DNA of 64,000 bases from a virus (Duplodnaviria > Caudoviricetes), in IMG/VR virus record IMGVR_UViG_3300021376_000006; one strand, written 5' to 3'. Of the stretch, positions 47,474 through 56,715 are shown in pieces. Both the position numbers and the translations under genes were made by a program. Within the stretch, counting starts at the first letter, position 1. The number at the start of each line of letters is the position of its first letter. The notes beneath the pieces were generated by a model. That model did not search any database. It had not been told where the DNA came from and was given only the letters and a program-made list of their open reading frames with translations.

Positions 47474-48580
47474 ATGTCATATCGTAAAAAAGGCAACGAG
47501 ATTTTTGAAAATCTATTTGTACTAGAACTAGCAAACAATCATTGGGGCAGTGTGGAACGCGGCCTTAAGATCATTTATGAACACGGTAGCATTGCTAGAA
47601 TTAACAATGTCAAGGCTGCAATTAAACTACAGTTTAGAGATGTTGATGAGTTTGTGCATCCTGAGTTCAAAGGCGATCAGGATAACAGATATATCAAGAA
47701 AACCGAACAAACCAAATTAAGCAGGGATGATTTTGCTGTTATGGTTAACAAGATTCGGGACATGAGCTGTATTCCAATGAGTACTCCATTTGACGAAAAG
47801 TCGGTGGACCTTTGTCTTGAATTTGATATGCCAATTATCAAAATTGCTTCTAGCGATGTCAACGATTGGCCGCTGATTAGCAAGATTGCTAGTACACGCC
47901 GTCCAACAATTATAAGTAGCGGCGGTGCCAGTGAAAAAGATCTGGATGATATTGTTGCTTACTTTGCCAAACGCGATATTCCGCTAGCAATCAATCATTG
48001 CGTTAGTTTATATCCTAGCGAGGACAATGAGCTAGAACTAGATCAAATTGATTACCTACGCAATCGTTATCAGGATAATGTAATAGGTCTAAGCACACAC
48101 GAATATCACGATTGGTCATCCAGTATGTTAATTTCATATGCCAAAGGTGCTAGAACTTGGGAACGTCATATTGATATCGACTACAATGCAGTTCCTGTCA
48201 GTTCGTATTGTTCATTACCGGAACAGTGCGACACATGGTTTAAAGCATATCACAGGGCAATAGAAATGTGTGGAGGACGCACAACCACACGCCGCGTTAT
48301 TTCTCGAAAAGAGACAGAATATCTGGATCAATTGGTTCGAGGTGCTTATGCTCGTAGAAATTTAGAGCCTGGTTACCGGATTCACAAAGATAGTTTTGAA
48401 AAAGACTTTTACCTTGCCATTCCTCTACGCAAAGGTCAGCTCAGTTGCAGAGAAATCATGAACGGCGAAACACTTACGCAGGCAATACAGGCAGACGAGC
48501 CGTTAACAATTGATCATATCGACGGACCATATGCAACCAATTCAACTCTTAAAAATTTAATTAAAAATCGCGGATTATGA
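47474..48580 (+). CDS. NeuB/SpsE-family PEP-dependent synthase with C-terminal SAF domain
   Basis: ELANNH, STPFD, IKIAS, HCVSLYP, GLSTHE, ERH. Confidence 0.82.
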   Translation: MSYRKKGNEIFENLFVLELANNHWGSVERGLKIIYEHGSIARINNVKAAIKLQFRDVDEFVHPEFKGDQDNRYIKKTEQTKLSRDDFAVMVNKIRDMSCIPMSTPFDEKSVDLCLEFDMPIIKIASSDVNDWPLISKIASTRRPTIISSGGASEKDLDDIVAYFAKRDIPLAINHCVSLYPSEDNELELDQIDYLRNRYQDNVIGLSTHEYHDWSSSMLISYAKGARTWERHIDIDYNAVPVSSYCSLPEQCDTWFKAYHRAIEMCGGRTTTRRVISRKETEYLDQLVRGAYARRNLEPGYRIHKDSFEKDFYLAIPLRKGQLSCREIMNGETLTQAIQADEPLTIDHIDGPYATNSTLKNLIKNRGL

Positions 48581-50427
48581 GACTAGCTGATTATGTGGCA
48601 CAAAGGTGTGTGGATGCAGGCGCTAGGCATACCTTTTTAGTTACCGGAGGTGGTGCCATGCATCTTAACGATGCTTTTGGGCGCCATCCCGATATGACCG
48701 CAGTATGCTTTCATCACGAGCAAGCGGCAGCTATTGCCGCAGAAAGTTATTATCGTATTAATAATCAACTCTGTGTGCTAAATGTAACCACAGGACCCGG
48801 CGGTATCAATGCACTTAACGGTGTGTTTGGTGCTTATGTAGATAGCTGCGGCATGTTAATAGTTAGTGGACAAGTTAAAAATGAAACTTATCTACGCAAT
48901 TACGATGTTCCTGTGCGGCAACTGGGTGATCAAGAAGTAGACATTGTTTCAATGGTTCGCCCAATTACAAAATATGCCACTACGTTAAAAGATCCTAAAC
49001 AAATACGTGAAGTTATGGATAAGGCTATATTTCTAGCTACAAATGGTAGACCAGGTCCTGTTTGGGTAGATATTCCAATTGATATGCAAGGTACAAAGAT
49101 AGCTCCCGAACTGTTACGAGGCTGGGATGGTAGCGAGATTGAATTGGGTCTTGACAATGATGTAACTCCGAACACTCGTTTAGAACTAACTGGCACGAGA
49201 GATGATCCTGAGTTCAGTGCCGACGATCTAGTTGAGAGATTGAAATCTGCCAAACGACCAGTTATATATGCAGGCACTGGAGTAAGAATATCAAATAGCC
49301 ATAAAGAATTTTTACAGTTGGTAGAAACATTGGGTATTCCTGTTGTGACCAGTTTCAATGCCTACGACACATTGACCAATGACCATCCGCAGTATGCAGG
49401 CCATCCGGGCATGGTTGGTGATCGTGCCGGTAACTTTGCTGTACAAAATGCCGACTTTGTTTTGATACTTGGTAGTAGGCTTAACATAAGAATGATCAGC
49501 TATAACTTTAAAAATTTTGCAAGCCGTGCCTACAAAGTCATGGTTGATATTGACCGTGCCGAATTAGATAAACCTACACTAGCAATTGATGAAAAAATAA
49601 ACATGGATCTCCGGCATTTTATTCTCGAAATGTTAGGTAGCACACACAATTATTCAATTCCACAGGCGCACACCAAATATCTTGATTGGTGTCGTGAGCG
49701 TGTGACAAAATACGATCCTGTATTGTCAGAATATCAACACACATCAGACAGTTTGAATCCTTATTTGTTTTTTAGAGAATTTTTTGATCAATTGGATAAC
49801 ACAGCAATTGTGGTGTGTGGTAATGGTAGTGCCAGCGTAATTAGTGGGCAAGCCGGTCGACTAAAACAAGGACAAAGGTTTTATTCCAACAGCGGTAATG
49901 CCAGTATGGGATATGATTTGCCTGCGGCCATTGGCGCCTGTATTGCCAGCAGGCAGCCAGTTTATTGCATAGCCGGTGACGGTAGCATTATGATGAATTT
50001 ACAAGAACTATCAACTGTGGTAGGGTATCGTCTACCGATAAAAATTATCGTGGTCAACAACCAAGGGTATCATTCCATAAAACAAACGCAGCGAGCTTAC
50101 TTTAGCGATAATGTGTTTGGTACTAGTCCCCAAGACGGAGTATGCTTGCCTGATTTTGTAGCACTAGGCATTGCATTAGGCATCATGTCACATAGGGTAT
50201 CTCACATGGATGCCTGGAATAGCGACATGGTGCAAATGTTGTTAAAAAGTGATTTGCCTGCATTGATTGAAGTCATAGTAGATCCGGATCAAATGTTTGC
50301 ACCCAAGCTTGCCGCAAGAAAATTAGAAGACGGTACATTACTGGCACCCAGTTTAGAATACATGAGCCCATTCTTGCCTGATTCAGAAATGGAACAAAAT
50401 ATTATTAAGGATCAACATGAACTTTGA
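48577..50427 (+). CDS. ThDP-dependent acetolactate-synthase-like enzyme (YerE-like)
   Basis: GGGAMHLNDA, HHEQAA, TTGPGG.N, GQVK, GDGSIMMNLQEL...NN ThDP motif. Confidence 0.85.
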   Translation: MRLADYVAQRCVDAGARHTFLVTGGGAMHLNDAFGRHPDMTAVCFHHEQAAAIAAESYYRINNQLCVLNVTTGPGGINALNGVFGAYVDSCGMLIVSGQVKNETYLRNYDVPVRQLGDQEVDIVSMVRPITKYATTLKDPKQIREVMDKAIFLATNGRPGPVWVDIPIDMQGTKIAPELLRGWDGSEIELGLDNDVTPNTRLELTGTRDDPEFSADDLVERLKSAKRPVIYAGTGVRISNSHKEFLQLVETLGIPVVTSFNAYDTLTNDHPQYAGHPGMVGDRAGNFAVQNADFVLILGSRLNIRMISYNFKNFASRAYKVMVDIDRAELDKPTLAIDEKINMDLRHFILEMLGSTHNYSIPQAHTKYLDWCRERVTKYDPVLSEYQHTSDSLNPYLFFREFFDQLDNTAIVVCGNGSASVISGQAGRLKQGQRFYSNSGNASMGYDLPAAIGACIASRQPVYCIAGDGSIMMNLQELSTVVGYRLPIKIIVVNNQGYHSIKQTQRAYFSDNVFGTSPQDGVCLPDFVALGIALGIMSHRVSHMDAWNSDMVQMLLKSDLPALIEVIVDPDQMFAPKLAARKLEDGTLLAPSLEYMSPFLPDSEMEQNIIKDQHEL

Positions 50428-51499
50428 ACAATTTGCACGAACCATTTCATATAATAATTTTGAAACACTGGATCATAGTAAACCTGTTTGGATATTTGGA
50501 GCAGGAGGATTTGCTCGAGCACTAGGTCAAGTTCTATTAGATGAAGGTTTTCAAGTTTATGGTTTTATTACATCTAGTCCAACCAATACAAAATTACTAG
50601 ATTTACCCGTGGTGGATTGGTCAGAGGTGACATGGGAAAACGTTCAATTGGCTATGGGTGTTTTTAGTCACATGACTTCATACACTAAAATTTTAAACGA
50701 AGCTGCTGATGCTGGATTCAGTAAAGTTTTTATGCCTTGGGAACTATACGCACAATTTGGCGCTCAACTGGGATGGCGTTATTGGTTGACTCCATTAAAT
50801 TACATTACAGATAATCTTGCAAAAATACAATCGGCCACACACCTACTAGCCGATCAAGAAAGCGTAGATTGTTTGTTGAATGTATTACTATTTAGAACTG
50901 GGCAACTACCAGAGTACGCGGATTACCGAAGTCAGGACCAACATTACTTTAATGAATTAAGCACTGCAAAATTCAAAAAGAAAAAAATACGAATCATTGA
51001 TGGTGGTGCCTATACTGGAGATAGCTATCAAGAAGCCAAAGAAAATTTAAACATTGATATGGCATATCTGTTTGAGCCTGATCCAAAAAACTTTGGTCAA
51101 TTGACCCAATCCGTGGGCGACGATGCTATCTGTTATCCGTATGCACTTTCTGATTCAGAAAAAACAATTGTATTCGCCAGTGGAGTGGGCCCAAGTAGTG
51201 CAGCTATTGATCACGGTAATATCAAAATTGAAGCGTCTAGTATTGATAAACTATTTTCAAACACACACATAGATTTTGTTAAATTAGACATAGAAGGAAG
51301 CGAAGCAGATGCATTGCGTGGAGCAAAAAAACTACTAGAAAAATGCAGACCAGTGATAACCATGGCCTTGTATCATAGACCCGGAGACATGTGGGAATTA
51401 CCTTTGCTAGTCAATCAGTTGGTTAATGATTACAAATTTTACATAAGACAACACGACAACAATAGCTTTGATGTTGTGTTCTACGCAGTACCCAATTAA
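50417..51499 (+). CDS. FkbM-family methyltransferase
   Basis: IDGGAYTGD, FEPD, FVKLDIEGSE, YH. Confidence 0.85.
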   Translation: MNFEQFARTISYNNFETLDHSKPVWIFGAGGFARALGQVLLDEGFQVYGFITSSPTNTKLLDLPVVDWSEVTWENVQLAMGVFSHMTSYTKILNEAADAGFSKVFMPWELYAQFGAQLGWRYWLTPLNYITDNLAKIQSATHLLADQESVDCLLNVLLFRTGQLPEYADYRSQDQHYFNELSTAKFKKKKIRIIDGGAYTGDSYQEAKENLNIDMAYLFEPDPKNFGQLTQSVGDDAICYPYALSDSEKTIVFASGVGPSSAAIDHGNIKIEASSIDKLFSNTHIDFVKLDIEGSEADALRGAKKLLEKCRPVITMALYHRPGDMWELPLLVNQLVNDYKFYIRQHDNNSFDVVFYAVPN

Positions 51500-51501
51500 T
51501 T

Positions 51502-52311
51502 ATGAAAATAGCCGTCCTTGGCGCTAGAGGTTTTGTTGGATCTAGCATAGCAAAGTATTTTGCAGGAGATAATTTAGTTATTCCTGTGACTAGAGAAACA
51601 TTAAGTTTATTGGAACCTGTAGTAGTTGCTAAATGGTTACAAGCCAATCGTTTTGACGTCGTTATCAATGCTGCTACCACTATGAACGATCCTGACTTGC
51701 TTGGTGATACTAGAAATAATCTAGGACTGTTCATGAATTTTTATAACCATAGAGACACTTTTGGTAAATTCGTAAACTTCAGTTCAGGTGCAGAATTTGA
51801 TCGTAGAAATGATATCGATCAGTACAGCGAAAAAAATATTTTTACGGTATTGCCTACGGACAGCTATGGATTTGGCCAAAACATGAAAAGCAGAATTTCG
51901 TGGGATACTCCAAACTTTTATACTATCAGAATTTTCAACTGCTTTGGTAAAGGCGAAATCGTTACAAGAATATTTCCAAAACTACTACAGGCCGTATCAG
52001 GACAACCGATAAAGATAACCAATGATCGAGAGTTTGATTATTTTGGCATTAGAGATCTTTGTAGATTGACTGATTATGTAGTTCACCATTCACCGGCAGC
52101 TAAAGATATTAATGCTGTATACAATACCAAATACAAAATAAGTGAAGTATTAGATCAATTTTGTACACTTAATGATTTAGATAAAAATTATATAATTGAA
52201 TCGACGGGTGGTCCTAGATACACAGGTAGTGGTAGAATTTTAAGTGAACTTCCTGTACAATTGTTAGGATTACAACATGAACTTAGATATTACAATGAAC
52301 CCTTATATTAA
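51502..52311 (+). CDS. NAD-dependent epimerase/reductase
   Basis: LGARGFVG, FSSGAEF, YGFGQ.MK-like region, RIFNCFG. Confidence 0.8.
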   Translation: MKIAVLGARGFVGSSIAKYFAGDNLVIPVTRETLSLLEPVVVAKWLQANRFDVVINAATTMNDPDLLGDTRNNLGLFMNFYNHRDTFGKFVNFSSGAEFDRRNDIDQYSEKNIFTVLPTDSYGFGQNMKSRISWDTPNFYTIRIFNCFGKGEIVTRIFPKLLQAVSGQPIKITNDREFDYFGIRDLCRLTDYVVHHSPAAKDINAVYNTKYKISEVLDQFCTLNDLDKNYIIESTGGPRYTGSGRILSELPVQLLGLQHELRYYNEPLY

Positions 52312-52450
52312 CCAATTATTTGATTTAACAAACAAACACGTTGTTGTAACTGGTGCCGGTGGACATTTGTGTGGTGCTATGGCTAGCGACGCTGCAAGTG
52401 CAATTACTAGTCAAAATATAAATGTTGATTGCGGAGTTTTACCACAATAA
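52295..52450 (+). pseudogene. Internally deleted short-chain dehydrogenase (51 aa, N- and C-termini fused)
   Basis: MNPYINQLFDLTNKHVVVTGAGGHLCGAMA joined directly to SDAASAITSQNINVDCGVLPQ; both halves are classical SDR termini. Confidence 0.75.
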
Positions 52451-53190
52451 TGTACGTTCAATTGACTTGTCCGTGCTGCGATGCTCAAACAACTTCTCAA
52501 CCTGCATACTTTTCGCAGTTTGTGGTATGGCGTGCTACTGGAACTAAACCTGAATGCAATCAACCTACTCAGTTAGGTCATTGCGAAAATTGTGATTTTT
52601 ATTTTTCAACTACACGATTTGATGATGTAGAATTAGATAGATTATATGCGGGCTACCGAGATGAGACATATAATCGCCAAAGACAAGAATGTGAACCTAA
52701 TTACAAACTTGATGTTTACTCCACTGAATATATTCAACAAAGAAAAGATTTTATTACTGCTGTAATCAACCAACATGTGAACAATCTAACTTCTGTATTA
52801 GATTATGGCGGAGATGACGGAACATATATTCCAGATGTGCCTATTAAATTTGTATATGATATTAGTGGTGTAAATCCAATTCCAGGTGTGCATCAGTATC
52901 ATTTAAGAAATTTTGACAATTTTGATTTGGTTATGAGTTGTCAAGTGTTAGAGCATGTTTCTAATATTGATGAATTAATAGATCAATTAAAATCAAGAAC
53001 AAAAAAATATTTGTACATTGAAGTACCAGCATATTGTGTACCACCACCAGAAAATATAATTATAGGTGAGCATATTAACTTCTTTAGAGAACAGTCACTT
53101 CACGCACTGTTAAATAAACACAATATCAATATAGTAGATACCGCAGTTGATTATGATTTACGGGTATTAGCAGTTCTAGGAAAAATATGA
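52450..53190 (+). CDS. Class I SAM methyltransferase with N-terminal zinc ribbon
   Basis: CPCC...CENC; LDYGGDDG; CQVLEH; EVP; EHINFF; TAATG start at 52450. Confidence 0.8.
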   Translation: MYVQLTCPCCDAQTTSQPAYFSQFVVWRATGTKPECNQPTQLGHCENCDFYFSTTRFDDVELDRLYAGYRDETYNRQRQECEPNYKLDVYSTEYIQQRKDFITAVINQHVNNLTSVLDYGGDDGTYIPDVPIKFVYDISGVNPIPGVHQYHLRNFDNFDLVMSCQVLEHVSNIDELIDQLKSRTKKYLYIEVPAYCVPPPENIIIGEHINFFREQSLHALLNKHNINIVDTAVDYDLRVLAVLGKI

Positions 53191-54128
53191 GCAAAATTGT
53201 ATATGTAACTGGTTGTTTAGGTTTAATTGGCGCAGAAGTAACTAGAAAATTATTAGCCGAAGGTAACTATGTGCTAGGTGTAGATAACGAGACCTATGCA
53301 AGTAATCGCAATTTCTTAGATGAATTTCAACAAAATTTACGTTTTAAATATATCAAATCCGACATCAATAACCTCGAAAGACTAGTTGATTGCGACTATG
53401 TAGTTAATACAGCAGCAGAAACACATGTAGATAACAGCATTGTTGGCTCAGATGTATTTCTAAAGAGTAATGTAAACGGCGTACACAATTTACTTAATCT
53501 TATTCAACAGAAAAGCAGATTTAAAATGCCCACCTTGATTCATTTCAGCACAGACGAAGTGTATGGCGATATAGTAAATGGTGCTCATGTGGAAACTGAC
53601 CTGCTTAAACCTAGTAATCCCTATTCGGCAACAAAGGCCGCGGCAGACATGTTGGTCCAGGCATGGGCAAGAACTTTTAACATTCCTTACATTATTGTTC
53701 GTCCAACTAACAATTACGGCATAGGGCAATATGTTGAGAAACTGATTCCAAAGACTGTAAAATATCTACAACTGGATAGAACAATTGATTTACACGATCG
53801 AGGTGAACCACGTAGAACCTGGCTTCATGTCAACGACACTGCTAATGCTGTGAATGTGATTATTCAATCTGGTGTACAAAATGAGATATTTAATATTTCC
53901 GGAAACTACGAAGATTCAAACTTGAATGTAGTTAAAAAAATATTTAATAACTTTGAAATAACATTTGATTATCAAAAACATATTACCGATCTTGTACGCC
54001 CCGGGCAAGATGTAAGATATTCCATAAATGATATGAAATTAAAGCAGCTGGGATGGCAACCACAAGCCAATTTTGACCAAGAATTAATTAAGATTGTTAA
54101 GTACTATCGTCATACGTTTGTGTGGTAA
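53187..54128 (+). CDS. dTDP-glucose 4,6-dehydratase-like
   Basis: TGCLGLIG, AAETHVDNSI, FSTDEVYG, PYSATKAA, RPGQD.RY. Confidence 0.88.
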   Translation: MSKIVYVTGCLGLIGAEVTRKLLAEGNYVLGVDNETYASNRNFLDEFQQNLRFKYIKSDINNLERLVDCDYVVNTAAETHVDNSIVGSDVFLKSNVNGVHNLLNLIQQKSRFKMPTLIHFSTDEVYGDIVNGAHVETDLLKPSNPYSATKAAADMLVQAWARTFNIPYIIVRPTNNYGIGQYVEKLIPKTVKYLQLDRTIDLHDRGEPRRTWLHVNDTANAVNVIIQSGVQNEIFNISGNYEDSNLNVVKKIFNNFEITFDYQKHITDLVRPGQDVRYSINDMKLKQLGWQPQANFDQELIKIVKYYRHTFVW

Positions 54129-54591
54129 CTTCTTTCCAAGTATAATCACCTAACCATTTTACCTGAGCAATATAGCTGTAATGCTCGGGTGGTCCAGTGG
54201 TCCATTCTTTAGGCCCTTGATGGCATAATCTAGTACGATTTATTTTGCTATCAAAACACAACCAATATGTTTGTCCGTGATAGATTTGAAATTGATATTC
54301 AGCTGCATGTACTGCATCTGTGATATACAATCTACGTTTGATATCATCTGCTTGTTTTTGTAACACTCTCACCAGGTCCATGATACGATTGTATTCTTGC
54401 TCGGCATGCATACGAGCAACATTGACCATGATGTCTTTTTGTTTTTCTATGGGTATTAAATCAAAGGCAGGACCACCTACTTCGGTGGCGTAAGGAGTGA
54501 TGTTTTTATTAAAAAAGGCGACTAATTCGCCGCCTATTTCTGCATCGTAACTGTCTTTGCCTTTGGCAACGTTACTTTTTTTCTTGGCCAT
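54097..54591 (-). CDS. DUF2452-like protein
   Basis: TPYATEVGGPAF...GQTYWL pattern. Confidence 0.55.
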   Translation of the reverse strand: MAKKKSNVAKGKDSYDAEIGGELVAFFNKNITPYATEVGGPAFDLIPIEKQKDIMVNVARMHAEQEYNRIMDLVRVLQKQADDIKRRLYITDAVHAAEYQFQIYHGQTYWLCFDSKINRTRLCHQGPKEWTTGPPEHYSYIAQVKWLGDYTWKEVTTQTYDDST

Positions 54592-54925
54592 CTGAGGTCT
54601 TGATAATTACCGGGCTTTCAGATTCTGGGGCAGGATTTCTTGTATTTTTTAACAACCAAGCACCATAGTTGATAAATGCTGCAAATGGATAAAATGCTAT
54701 TGCTAATGAGGCAGCAACTATAATACCTGCAGTTAGAAAAATTACACTTAAAAGTGTAAACACTGTTTCTAACATTAGATTCCAAAATCCTGCTACTCCG
54801 ATATCTAATTCAAAGTGCTTGGCGCAACCAGAGTTATGTGATCTAATGTGCGTTCTAAATGATTCAATTTGTTCTATGCAACGCATTACTAAAATTTGCA
54901 ACAATCCTCGATACAAATCAGTCAT
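54572..54925 (-). CDS. Membrane protein
   Basis: Long hydrophobic stretch; ATGA-type coupling. Confidence 0.55.
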   Translation of the reverse strand: MTDLYRGLLQILVMRCIEQIESFRTHIRSHNSGCAKHFELDIGVAGFWNLMLETVFTLLSVIFLTAGIIVAASLAIAFYPFAAFINYGAWLLKNTRNPAPESESPVIIKTSDGQEKK

Positions 54926-55187
54926 ATATTTTGCTCCATTTTTTTAATTTGATTTCTTTGGCCTGTACAGATTGATTTATACCTTGTTGTGTTACAACGC
55001 CATATTCTGTTAATAAATTTATCATACAAATTAAATCGCCAATTTCCATTTCAAGTTTAAGTTGATGTGGCATTCCGTCTTTGTGCAACTGATTGATTCC
55101 AAATCTAAAGATTTTAGAAATTTCTTGTATGACCTCTGCACATTCTTCTTGCGTGATCACAAGAATTTCTCGTTGCTTATCATTCAT
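54918..55187 (-). CDS. MazG-like NTP pyrophosphohydrolase
   Basis: QEECAEVIQEISK and EIGD motifs. Confidence 0.7.
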   Translation of the reverse strand: MNDKQREILVITQEECAEVIQEISKIFRFGINQLHKDGMPHQLKLEMEIGDLICMINLLTEYGVVTQQGINQSVQAKEIKLKKWSKIYD

Positions 55188-55192
55188 AATGT

Positions 55193-55221
55193 ATTATAGT
55201 TGAAATTACAGAGAAACTCAA
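55193..55221 (-). promoter_or_regulatory. sigma70-type promoter TTGAGT-17-TATAAT, 5 nt before ATG
   Basis: Read on minus strand; no SD. Confidence 0.6.
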
Positions 55222-56396
55222 TCTCTTTTTTGTCTAGGAGTAGTATCTTTGTCTCGAGGTTCAGCCAGTCGTCCAGGATGTGTTATTTTAACTCTAGTTT
55301 TTTCTGGGTCAAACTGTTTTAATTCTTTACTACTTACTTCTTGATCTTGTTCACCATTTGGATCGTAATTTTTATCTACAAGATTACCATCTTTATCAAC
55401 TAATATAGGATTTTTTTTACCTGTTTTACCAATACCTCTGGACAATGTTACTGCCATAGTTCTAATGCCACGGATTCCGAGAGATTTATTATTCCTGCCT
55501 GGATCGTTGCGTATCAACCAAACCATGGCATGGCTTTCAGGAATATCTTGTCTTGTAGCTATAACAGCATGACATTCAACCCGAACTTGATTGCCGTTTT
55601 GCACAAAATGTTCTGGTTTGAATGTCTGAATAACTATACCACCCCGAGGATTCAAATCGCTACCAAAAATTGCCTCCAAGGCTTCTTGTTCAGTAGGCTC
55701 TACAACAATCTCTCTGCTTAGTCTAAACACCGGGTTATAGGATGGGCTATTTTCTAGTTGAATTAATTCGACTACACCTTTATCTCTTAGTCGATCTATA
55801 ATGTCTCGAGCCTTTTGACCAAAGGCAGTATCTGCACTTTCCCATGCTTCAGCATTCAACTTTTTAATACTAATAGGAAGATTACTGTCAGGACTTACCA
55901 GAACTACATCAGCCTTTTTCCTTGCTTTTGTATCTCTGCCAGATATATTAACTTTGTTACAGTTGTTTAATGTCAGGGTTTTTCCCCGCGGATCAACAAA
56001 AGTAGTGTGTACGGATCCGTATTTTTCAATTACGCTTTGTAATATACCAGCAAGTTCAATTTCATTGGCAACACCTGCACTTTTGTCCCCTTGCTTACCA
56101 ATATCTTTTACAAATAATTTTACCTTACTCTGCCAAAATTCTACATGACCAAGGCTGCTTCCCCCATAAGGACTGTATCTGGCGTCCAAATCAGGATTTG
56201 CTGCATTAATAGTTTGTGGCAGGTCTTGCAAAACTTTCATTCTAAAATCGTCTTTAATTTGTCCGTCAGGAATTTGTACAAGCACAGCTATCTTATTTCC
56301 ATCAATTTTTAAGTCTGTATAGCCGTTTTGAGCAAGTATATCCTGAATTTCTTGCTTGGTAGCTGCTTCTGTGAGAATGTTGATTAGTTCGCGCAT
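55218..56396 (-). CDS. PD-(D/E)XK restriction-endonuclease-like protein with putative capsid-targeting N-terminus
   Basis: ANEIEL, KKADVVL, ISIKK; N-terminus MRELINILTE; TAAATA box 7 nt upstream. Confidence 0.55.
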   Translation of the reverse strand: MRELINILTEAATKQEIQDILAQNGYTDLKIDGNKIAVLVQIPDGQIKDDFRMKVLQDLPQTINAANPDLDARYSPYGGSSLGHVEFWQSKVKLFVKDIGKQGDKSAGVANEIELAGILQSVIEKYGSVHTTFVDPRGKTLTLNNCNKVNISGRDTKARKKADVVLVSPDSNLPISIKKLNAEAWESADTAFGQKARDIIDRLRDKGVVELIQLENSPSYNPVFRLSREIVVEPTEQEALEAIFGSDLNPRGGIVIQTFKPEHFVQNGNQVRVECHAVIATRQDIPESHAMVWLIRNDPGRNNKSLGIRGIRTMAVTLSRGIGKTGKKNPILVDKDGNLVDKNYDPNGEQDQEVSSKELKQFDPEKTRVKITHPGRLAEPRDKDTTPRQKRD

Positions 56397-56471
56397 AATA
56401 ACATATTTACCGGTTTTTTATATTCTGTTTATTCATGTTGCAGCGCAATAAATACCGTACAAGGAGAAAAA

Positions 56472-56639
56472 ATGAATTTTCAAGGTTTGATAGAACATTT
56501 GCACAAACTATTACCAAAATTTAAAAGTGATTTAGAAATTTATATTGAATCAAAAGACCCAAAAAATGCTGCTGATATAGAGCATTGGTTACAACAGTAT
56601 AGCTATAAAAAACATCAAGACTGGTTTCCAAATGCGTAA
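56472..56639 (+). CDS. 55-aa protein (DUF3563-like, tentative)
   Basis: Manual translation; AAGGAG SD and TAAATA box at 56449-56454. Confidence 0.65.
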   Translation: MNFQGLIEHLHKLLPKFKSDLEIYIESKDPKNAADIEHWLQQYSYKKHQDWFPNA

Positions 56640-56715
56640 ATTAATTCAAGCTATCATTGACTATCGTCAGAAACAAGCAGACCTATATTTACGCTGTCTT
56701 ATCAACAGAAATTAA
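56632..56715 (+). CDS. 27-aa peptide MRKLIQAIIDYRQKQADLYLRCLINRN
   Basis: Manual translation; start overlaps previous stop. Confidence 0.35.
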   Translation: MRKLIQAIIDYRQKQADLYLRCLINRN

